From NCBI GenBank assembly GCA_024231215.1, contig JAAEQR010000072.1, positions 65,210 to 129,209 of the forward strand: DNA of 64,000 bases. The letters run 5' to 3'. The position numbers were made by a program, and so were the translations under genes. This document shows, in pieces, positions 56,840 to 64,000 of the stretch; position 1 is the first letter of the stretch, and each line of letters begins with the position of its first letter. Below the pieces are notes generated by a model, which was not told the origin of the DNA, did not search any database, and saw only the letters and a list, made by a program, of their open reading frames with translations. This DNA is from PVC group bacterium. Lineage in GTDB: Bacteria; Omnitrophota; Gorgyraeia; B26-G9.

Positions 56840-57733
56840 ATGGTTAAAAAGGATAATGATTATAATACAATTCTGCAAGAATGGAAAACCCTTCGTGGGG
56901 AAACTCTCCAATCTCAAAAACAAAGACTGAATACTTTCAGGACATCAATAATAATATTAGCGGTTATTTATATTGCGTATTTAATCCCGGGATTGAAGCT
57001 ATATAAACAGCCGTTATTTTTTCAGACATTCATTTTATTGTTTCTTACCCCGATTGTTCGTTTTGTTAGTTCTCTCAGGTTGCGGGATAGTTTTCATGCT
57101 TGCTATATTGAAAATTTCATCAAGATGCAATTACCGCAGGTGCGTTATATTGCCCGGTTCAGTGAATTTAAAAAGAATTTTCGCAATCAAATATCAGCCG
57201 CGGAAAGAATCAGATGTACTTATTTGCAAATAGGCATATCAACTATACCTTTTACAATCGGGTATTCGTTTTTTTTATTTGAGCCGGGGACTCTATGGTA
57301 TGTTCGTTTAGGTGCGTATACTCCTTATCATGACTTGTGGCTGCGGGTTGGTTTTTTCGTAAGCGCATTGATTTATTTTATTTGGACGATTTATGTTTGT
57401 CGTTATGATACGCAGAAAACAACTAAATTTTTTAATGAATTAAGGCAAATTCTGATCAAGGAATTGTTGACCGGAGAGATTGTTCCTTATGGCTTTAACA
57501 CTGGTTCGTTTCAGCATCCGGAAGCTTGGCATTCGCTTTTTGGGAAGGAAAATATTACGCAGAAGAAAGATATTTTATTGTCTCTAAAAAAGCTAGAAGA
57601 TGAATTCGCGGGAGTGAAATTTCTGATTAAATCTTTAAATAAAATGTGGTTTAAAAATCCAGTTAAAGATTTATTGTATTATGATCTAGAGAAAGAAGAG
57701 TATGGAGATAAAACGCGGTTGATATTAAATTGA
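56840..57733 (+). CDS. Hypothetical membrane protein (about 4 TM)
   Basis: RBS GGGAGG; hydrophobic segments. Confidence 0.6.
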   Translation: MVKKDNDYNTILQEWKTLRGETLQSQKQRLNTFRTSIIILAVIYIAYLIPGLKLYKQPLFFQTFILLFLTPIVRFVSSLRLRDSFHACYIENFIKMQLPQVRYIARFSEFKKNFRNQISAAERIRCTYLQIGISTIPFTIGYSFFLFEPGTLWYVRLGAYTPYHDLWLRVGFFVSALIYFIWTIYVCRYDTQKTTKFFNELRQILIKELLTGEIVPYGFNTGSFQHPEAWHSLFGKENITQKKDILLSLKKLEDEFAGVKFLIKSLNKMWFKNPVKDLLYYDLEKEEYGDKTRLILN

Positions 57734-58912
57734 AGATCCAATAATATCTGTTTGCATCGGTAAATCGTGTCTTAGACTTTCGATGCTGAGAGAATTGGCG
57801 ATTGCTCTAATTGTTATTACGGGAGGAAAAGAGTTAAGCATTAGTAAAAGATGGTTATTAAAATCATTAAAAGAGGGGAAGAAAGGTTCTACTAGCCGGG
57901 GCGACAATTGATGTATAAGTGCAAACTTGTTAGAGTTTGCTATTATTCCTAATCTGACAGTTTCGGGCAGATCTTCTGTAGAAGATACAAATATCGATAA
58001 CAGGTCAATTAAATACGGAGCATATCGCGTTCCTCGATTGCTTATAAGGTCTATAAAAGTCGCGGCAATGCTTTTTTGAGCCTTGTGCAGTGCCATCTGA
58101 TATGGCCGGTAACCAGCCATGGCATCGCCGGAATCAACAATACTTAGTAGTTGAGCTTCGATGGTGGTATTTTCGCCTGTTTTTTTATGAGGGTATCCTG
58201 TCCCGTCAAAAGATTCATGATGTTCTTCCATTATTCGTTTTAGATTTTGGGTGAGTATTGAGTTTGGAAGAGGGAGTTGATAGGGGATTATAACGTGGCC
58301 TTGCATTATGGCGTATTCGTCGTCAGTTAGTGGCCCATCGGTTTTATTTATAATATGACTAGGTATTTCCGCTTTCCCGATATCGTGATAACGAGCTGCA
58401 AGGACTAAAAGTCCTAAATCTACAGCTGGAGGGATAGTAACAGCATTGAATCTTAGTCCATAGTGATAAGCCAGGATCATAACTCTTTTTTTATGATTAA
58501 CCGTCCATTCATCCAGGTTTTTATTATTTATTTCCTCTTTTTCTTTAGCTTCAAAAAAATCTATTAGATAATGTAAATCAGGTTTGGTGGCCTTAATTGA
58601 AGCCATAATTTTGTTTACTTTTAAATCAATATATTCTTGAGAGTTTCTCTCATAAAGAGCGTCTATGTCTTTTCGGATTTTTTGTGCTTGGTAATTTTCA
58701 ATTATTTTTAATCGTTCGGCTCTAGGCAAGTTTCTGTTTCCGGAGCTCTTTTTGAAGACAGATTTAAGCGATTTTTCCGAGATGGTTAAAGGAGCATTGA
58801 TATTATTGCGTGCATGTGGGCATAGTTGTGCGTTTGCAGCAGGAGCGGAAGTTAGCCAAACCGCGAGCAAAAGAATATAGACTGTAGTTTTTAGTAATAT
58901 TGAGTTCTTCAT
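57725..58912 (-). CDS. Signal-peptide-bearing HD-GYP phosphodiesterase
   Basis: H..RV, YHDIGK, HHESFDGTGYP, D..DAM..RPY; N-terminal signal peptide ending ANA. Confidence 0.8.
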   Translation of the reverse strand: MKNSILLKTTVYILLLAVWLTSAPAANAQLCPHARNNINAPLTISEKSLKSVFKKSSGNRNLPRAERLKIIENYQAQKIRKDIDALYERNSQEYIDLKVNKIMASIKATKPDLHYLIDFFEAKEKEEINNKNLDEWTVNHKKRVMILAYHYGLRFNAVTIPPAVDLGLLVLAARYHDIGKAEIPSHIINKTDGPLTDDEYAIMQGHVIIPYQLPLPNSILTQNLKRIMEEHHESFDGTGYPHKKTGENTTIEAQLLSIVDSGDAMAGYRPYQMALHKAQKSIAATFIDLISNRGTRYAPYLIDLLSIFVSSTEDLPETVRLGIIANSNKFALIHQLSPRLVEPFFPSFNDFNNHLLLMLNSFPPVITIRAIANSLSIESLRHDLPMQTDIIGSSI

Positions 58913-58953
58913 AAATGCCTAAGCAGTAACCTGATATATAAATACTTTTATAA

Positions 58954-59032
58954 AGTATATCATATAATGAGGTGTTTTTCAAGTTCAAGCTGGTTTTTAA
59001 TAATTGAAAAAGCCTGATATTTATGTTAAAAT
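58954..59032. promoter_or_regulatory. Divergent sigma70 promoters
   Basis: Minus strand TTGAAA-17-TATACT (58982 to 58954); plus strand TTGAAA-17-TAAAAT (59004-59032). Confidence 0.55.
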
Positions 59033-59083
59033 CAATATTTATAAAACTCGCAATTTAATAACTAAGTTACATGGAGGTTTACG

Positions 59084-60139
59084 ATGCTGGAAATTTTAAT
59101 AGTTGATGATGAACAGGAAATTTCAGGGGCGTTAAAGGATTTTTTTACAGCCAAGAGTTATAAGGTATTAGTTGCTAATAATGGGGAAGAAGCACTAAAT
59201 ACTGTACGTAAGCATCGACCGCATCTTGTGTTTTTGGATATTCGCATGCCGAAAATGGATGGCCTTTCAGTCCTACGCAATATTCGTGAATTGGATAAAT
59301 CGATTAAAGTAATTATGGTAACTGCTTTTGGCACAAGAGAGATTGTAAATGAAGCTATGCGTTTGGGTGCAGTTGATTTTATCCGGAAACCGTTTACACT
59401 TGAATATCTCGAACATGATGTTATGGAAAAGGTCAATGTTCAGTTATTTGAAGATCTTCGTAATGAAATAGATGGTAAGGACGAACTTATTGACCAGTTG
59501 CAAAAATTGAATAAAAGGGTTTCCCGTAATTTTTATCAAACAATGCTTTCTCTGGCAACGGCTTTAGAAGGCAGGGATCAGTATACACATGGACATTCAG
59601 AACGGGTTGATTTATATAGTAAGCTGATTGCGGAAGAATTAAAAGATAAAAAAACTACAGCGATAACTAATAAATTCTTAGATGATTTGCATATTGAGTC
59701 CCGGTTACATGATATCGGCAAAATTGCGGTTCCGGATGGTATTTTAAATAAACCTAATCGCTTAACTAACGAAGAATTTAATGAAATCAGAAGACACCCT
59801 GGAGAAAGTGCACGTATCTTAGCACCGCTAGAGGGTATTAAAGACCACATTGATGTTGTTTATAGTCATCATGAACGTGTAGACGGGACGGGTTATCCGG
59901 AGCGGAAAACTAAGGAATCAATACCTTTAAGGGCAAGGATTATTGCGGTTGCCGATGCTTTTGATGCAATGACTTCAGATAGACCGTATCGTAAAGCTAT
60001 GACTCGTAAAGCAGCATTTACGGAACTCGAGAAGAATAAAGACAAACAATTTGATGCAACGGTTGTAGATGCATTTTTCAACGCATATAACAAGAAAAAG
60101 GACAAAAGCAATAAAGAAGCAATGGAGTTAATACTCTAA
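59084..60139 (+). CDS. Response regulator with HD-GYP domain
   Basis: REC (VDDE, DIRMP, KPF); HGHSERV, LHDIGK, HHERVDGTGYP, DAFDAMTSDRPYR. Confidence 0.93.
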   Translation: MLEILIVDDEQEISGALKDFFTAKSYKVLVANNGEEALNTVRKHRPHLVFLDIRMPKMDGLSVLRNIRELDKSIKVIMVTAFGTREIVNEAMRLGAVDFIRKPFTLEYLEHDVMEKVNVQLFEDLRNEIDGKDELIDQLQKLNKRVSRNFYQTMLSLATALEGRDQYTHGHSERVDLYSKLIAEELKDKKTTAITNKFLDDLHIESRLHDIGKIAVPDGILNKPNRLTNEEFNEIRRHPGESARILAPLEGIKDHIDVVYSHHERVDGTGYPERKTKESIPLRARIIAVADAFDAMTSDRPYRKAMTRKAAFTELEKNKDKQFDATVVDAFFNAYNKKKDKSNKEAMELIL

Positions 60140-60157
60140 GGTGTCCGGAGGATTATT

Positions 60158-61207
60158 ATGTTGAAAATTCTAGTAGTGGATGATGAGCCGGAAATAACGC
60201 AGCTTTTGAAAAACTTTTTTCTGCGTAAAAATTATGATGTTTTAACTGCTAATAACGGTAGTACAGCGGTTGAGTTGGTAAAAACAGAAAGGCCGCATCT
60301 TGTGTTTTTAGATATACGTATGCCGCAAATGAACGGCTTGACTGCATTACGTCATATTCGGGCATTGGATAAATCGGTCAAAGTGATTATGGTAACGGCT
60401 TTAGAAGACGAGAAGATGGTGCAGGAAGCAGCGGAATTAGGTGCGGTTGATTATGTGCGAAAGCCATTTAATCTGGATTATTTAGAACGCGATGTTATTG
60501 AAAAAGTAAATGCAAAACTTTTTGTCGATCTGCGTTCTGAATTGGAAGAAAAAAGTAAATTAATTGATCAGCTGGCTAATCAGGTAGAGCAGATCAGTGA
60601 TTTGAATGAAAAATTAAAACGCAATTTTTATCAAACGATAGTATCTTTGGCAACCGCATTGGAAGCCCGGGACCGGTATACACATGGACATTCTGACCGG
60701 GTTGATTTATATTCAAAAGTTATTGCCGAGGAATTAAGGGATTCAAAGCAATGGGAAATAGACGATTTGTTTCTGGATGCTTTACATGTTGAATCGCGGT
60801 TGCATGATATTGGTAAGATTGCTATCCCGGATATGATATTAAACAAACCCGGGGTATTGACCGAAGATGAGTATGCACAGATTAAAAATCATCCGGTACA
60901 AAGTGCAAAGATTTTAACTCCCTTAGAAGATCTTAAGAAAAATATTGAAGTAATTAGACATCATCATGAGCGTGTTGACGGCAGGGGATATCCTGATGGG
61001 TTAAAGCATGACGAAATCCCGGCCAGAGCTAGGATTATTGCGATTGCTGATGCTTTTGATGCGATGACTTCGGATCGGCCGTATCGTAAAGCCATGTCGA
61101 TTGCAGAGGCCACAGATCAGCTGGAAAAAGGTAAAGGCGCTCAGTTTGATGCGGAAGTAGTGGATGCATTTAAGAATGCTATAGCACAGGGGAAAATACC
61201 AAACTAA
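60158..61207 (+). CDS. Response regulator with HD-GYP domain (tandem paralog)
   Basis: Same architecture; HHERVDGRGYP. Confidence 0.93.
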   Translation: MLKILVVDDEPEITQLLKNFFLRKNYDVLTANNGSTAVELVKTERPHLVFLDIRMPQMNGLTALRHIRALDKSVKVIMVTALEDEKMVQEAAELGAVDYVRKPFNLDYLERDVIEKVNAKLFVDLRSELEEKSKLIDQLANQVEQISDLNEKLKRNFYQTIVSLATALEARDRYTHGHSDRVDLYSKVIAEELRDSKQWEIDDLFLDALHVESRLHDIGKIAIPDMILNKPGVLTEDEYAQIKNHPVQSAKILTPLEDLKKNIEVIRHHHERVDGRGYPDGLKHDEIPARARIIAIADAFDAMTSDRPYRKAMSIAEATDQLEKGKGAQFDAEVVDAFKNAIAQGKIPN

Positions 61208-61267
61208 AGGCAAAAGTCAAAAATCAAAATGCAAAAATAAATAAAAAATTAAAAAGGGGATAAATAG

Positions 61268-62128
61268 GTGGAAAAAATTAAAATAGGAATTATCGGTGGG
61301 AGCGGGCTTTATGATATCGAAGGAGTAGACGATGTAGATACAGTAGCAGTAGATACTCCCTTTGGTGCTCCTTCAGATAAGATTATTTGCGGGACTTTAG
61401 AAGGTGTGAGGTTTGCTTTTTTACCTCGGCATGGTCGCGGTCATAAGATTTCGCCAACAGAGTTAAATTATCGGGCAAATATTTATGCTTTAAAGAGTTT
61501 AGGTGTGGAACAGATAATATCTATATCTGCGGTAGGCAGTCTTAAAGAGGAATTAAAACCACGTGATTTTGTGATTCCGGAACAGTTGTTTGACCGGACT
61601 AAAAGCAGAGTAAGTACTTTTTTTACAGAAGGTATAGTTGCTCATGTAGGGGTGGCTGACCCTTTTTGTCCGGATCTAAGTACTATGGCTTATGAGACAG
61701 CAAAAGAGATTGGAATTTCCGTGCACAAAGGGGGAACTTATGTTTGTATTGAAGGCCCTCAATTCTCAACGCGGGCTGAGTCTAATGTTTATCGTCAGCT
61801 GGGATTCTCAATTATCGGCATGACTAATATCCCGGAAGCAAAGCTGGCCAGAGAAGCAGAGATTTGTTATGTGACTGTTGCGTTGGTTACAGATTATGAT
61901 GTGTGGAAAGAAGATGAAGAGGTTAGTGTGGAAAAAATAATTGCAAATCTAACTGCAAATTCATCCAAGGCCAAAAAGTTCATTCGAGTTATATTGCCAA
62001 AACTTAAGCGTAGCCGCACTTGTGGCTGCCCCGATGCATTAGCTACGGCAATTGTTACGGCGCCGGATGCTATGCCGCAAAAGATCGTTAATAAGCTCAA
62101 GCTTTTGATTGGAAAGTATATTTCATGA
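61268..62128 (+). CDS. mtnP: S-methyl-5'-thioadenosine phosphorylase
   Basis: GIIGGSGLY, PRHG, EGPQFSTRAES, GMTNIPEA, VTDYD.W. Confidence 0.93.
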   Translation: MEKIKIGIIGGSGLYDIEGVDDVDTVAVDTPFGAPSDKIICGTLEGVRFAFLPRHGRGHKISPTELNYRANIYALKSLGVEQIISISAVGSLKEELKPRDFVIPEQLFDRTKSRVSTFFTEGIVAHVGVADPFCPDLSTMAYETAKEIGISVHKGGTYVCIEGPQFSTRAESNVYRQLGFSIIGMTNIPEAKLAREAEICYVTVALVTDYDVWKEDEEVSVEKIIANLTANSSKAKKFIRVILPKLKRSRTCGCPDALATAIVTAPDAMPQKIVNKLKLLIGKYIS

Positions 62129-63240
62129 AACGGATTTTACTTCTTTATATCTCCAACAATTCAGGTCATCATCGTGCTACTATGGCGATTGAAGAAGCAT
62201 TATATTCTTTGTCGCCTGAGATTAAGGTGATGAATATAAACTGTTTTAATTATACTAATCCAATGCTTGAAAAAGTAATAAACAGTGTGTATAACAAAGT
62301 AATTAAAATTAAGCCGGAAGTTTGGGAATATTTATATGATAATCCTAAGATTGTGCGTCGGTCCAAAAAATTACGCAGGCTTATTCACAAATTCAACTCT
62401 AAAAAACTTAAAAAATTAATTTACAATTTTAAACCAGAGGCAATTGCCTGTTCCCAGGCGTTTCCCTGCGGGATGGTGGCTGATTTTAAAAAAACATATG
62501 CTTTAGATATTCCACTAGTTGGTGTGCTCACAGACTATTATCCGCATTCTTATTGGATGTACGATAATATAAATGGGTATGTTGTCCCGAGTGAACAAGC
62601 TAAAAAACGTTTAGTAGATAACGGTGTGGAAAAAGATAAAGTGTTTGTGTATGGAATTCCGATCAGCCCGACGTTTTCCAATAATCATGACAAGGAATTT
62701 ATTCTTAAAAGCCTGCATTTAGAACCTGATGTGCCTACGATTTTAATTATGGGAGGTGGGCAGGGATTAGGTCCGATAGAAGATCTGGTTTTTGCGGTAA
62801 ATACAATTGAAAAACCATTTCAAATTATTATAATCTGCGGTACGAATAAAAAACTAAAAAAATGGCTGGAAAAGCGTAAAACCCTGTTTAAGAAAAAAAT
62901 GGCAATACTTGGTTATACAAAGCAGATAAACATACTTATGGATATTGCAGACTTGTTGGTAACTAAACCGGGCGGTCTTACTACTGCAGAAGCGCTTACA
63001 AAAAGTCTGCCTGTAGTGATTGTCAATCCTATCCCCGGACAGGAAGCAAAGAATACTGAGTTTCTTTTAAGTGAGGGGGTAGCTGTTAGAGCTAGAAATA
63101 CGCTGGATGCAGCGATTTTGATTGAAGATCTTTTGAATACAACCGGTAAATTAAATAAGATGAAAAAGGCGGCATTAAAACATGCAAAGCCGCAATCTGC
63201 GGTTGATACAGCAAAATTATTATTAAATCTTGTTCAGTAG
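62125..63240 (+). CDS. MGDG synthase/UgtP-like glycosyltransferase (GT28)
   Basis: SGHHRA, LTDY, GIPI, MGGGQG, TKPGGLT.AE, PGQE..N. Confidence 0.88.
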   Translation: MKRILLLYISNNSGHHRATMAIEEALYSLSPEIKVMNINCFNYTNPMLEKVINSVYNKVIKIKPEVWEYLYDNPKIVRRSKKLRRLIHKFNSKKLKKLIYNFKPEAIACSQAFPCGMVADFKKTYALDIPLVGVLTDYYPHSYWMYDNINGYVVPSEQAKKRLVDNGVEKDKVFVYGIPISPTFSNNHDKEFILKSLHLEPDVPTILIMGGGQGLGPIEDLVFAVNTIEKPFQIIIICGTNKKLKKWLEKRKTLFKKKMAILGYTKQINILMDIADLLVTKPGGLTTAEALTKSLPVVIVNPIPGQEAKNTEFLLSEGVAVRARNTLDAAILIEDLLNTTGKLNKMKKAALKHAKPQSAVDTAKLLLNLVQ

Positions 63241-63254
63241 GGGTAATAAGATAG

Positions 63255-64000
63255 ATGTTAATCTATTTTTTATACAGAATAGCACAATGGCTTGCCTGGA
63301 ATCTTCCAATTCGTGTAGGATATCGTATCGCCGATTTTTTTACATGGATAAAGTTTTTTTTTGCAGGAAAAGAACGCACTTTTATAAATAATAATTTAAA
63401 GATAATTTTAGGGGAGAATAATCCTAAAATTAAAAAAGATGTTTGGTGTGTATACAGCAATTTTGGCAAATATTTAATTGATTTTTTCCGTTCCGGAAAA
63501 ATGAACAAGCAGTTCATTGACAGATTTGTAAAAGTTGATAAATTAGAATATATGGATGAAGCTTTAAGCCGGGGCAAAGGGGCAATCGGACTTACCGCAC
63601 ATCTTGGCAATTGGGAGCTTTGTGCACAAATCCTTGGGGTGCTGGGATATAAAATGAACGCAATTGCTTTGACTCACCAGAATGAAAAGATTAATGATTT
63701 TTTCAACTATCAAAGAGAGCTTAGCGGTATTAAAGTTGTTCCGGTAGGGATTAGTGTTCGCCGGTGTTTTGCTGCTTTAAAACGTAATGAGATTGTGGGG
63801 ATCCTGGGGGATCGTGATTTTTCCGGAGCTAATGGTATTTTTATGGATTTTTTGGGAAAGCAAATGCTTATACCACGTGGACCGGCAGTATTGAGTTTGA
63901 GGACAGGCGCTGCTATTGTTCCGGCATTTGTAGTTCGGGATGAGCAGGATGAGCGTTGTTTTAAATATATTTTTGAGAAACCTATTTATCCGCAGAAAAC
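63255..64000 (+). CDS. LpxL/HtrB-family lipid acyltransferase (3'-truncated, missing from ORF track)
   Basis: Manual translation MLIYFLYRIAQW...GKGAIGLTAHLGNWE...ILGDRD...PRGPA; frame runs off the window end. Confidence 0.88.
   Translation, partial: MLIYFLYRIAQWLAWNLPIRVGYRIADFFTWIKFFFAGKERTFINNNLKIILGENNPKIKKDVWCVYSNFGKYLIDFFRSGKMNKQFIDRFVKVDKLEYMDEALSRGKGAIGLTAHLGNWELCAQILGVLGYKMNAIALTHQNEKINDFFNYQRELSGIKVVPVGISVRRCFAALKRNEIVGILGDRDFSGANGIFMDFLGKQMLIPRGPAVLSLRTGAAIVPAFVVRDEQDERCFKYIFEKPIYPQK

Noticed and set aside
63263-63610. 115-aa minus-strand ORF
   Set aside because: Shadow of the + strand LpxL-family gene starting at 63255.

Overview
AT-rich bacterial chromosome segment, most genes on the + strand. 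The organism looks like a diderm anaerobe (waaA, LpxL-family acyltransferase, Ahb siroheme-dependent heme route). Gene content and the large signal-peptide-bearing enzyme fusion resemble Ca. Omnitrophota/PVC genomes, but that taxonomy is inference. Housekeeping blocks: topA-xerC-waaA, a complete bioBFHCDA operon with a BirA-type operator, rlmN, recJ, mscS-yggT-trkH, hemB-ahbD-ahbAB-hemL-tat, rlmI, gatCAB-ctpA-tsaD, mtnP and glycolipid genes. Two accessory systems stand out. (1) Three normally cytoplasmic enzymes carry an N-terminal signal peptide and a C-terminal ..(S/Q)(S/A)I tag; two also share an LSP-x-(L/I)-x-IN motif and the third has a weaker variant. They are a 1997-aa phosphoglucomutase-phosphoglucose isomerase fusion, a fungal-type GT4 trehalose phosphorylase bracketed by a 55-bp direct repeat, and an HD-GYP phosphodiesterase. 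This suggests an exported or injected enzyme (effector) family. (2) A 12-kb cluster encodes FabG, ACP, an acyltransferase, a START/cyclase fused to a cyanobacterial-type acyl-ACP reductase, a KS plus catalytically dead KS (CLF) pair, a PhcB-like methyltransferase and a nitroreductase, interleaved with two 7TM-type histidine kinases and a response regulator. This suggests a lipid-derived signal system. ORFs missing from the supplied track: a 27-aa bL37-like ribosomal protein, a second tatA and a 3'-truncated LpxL-family gene. No rRNA, tRNA, CRISPR array or transposase was seen.
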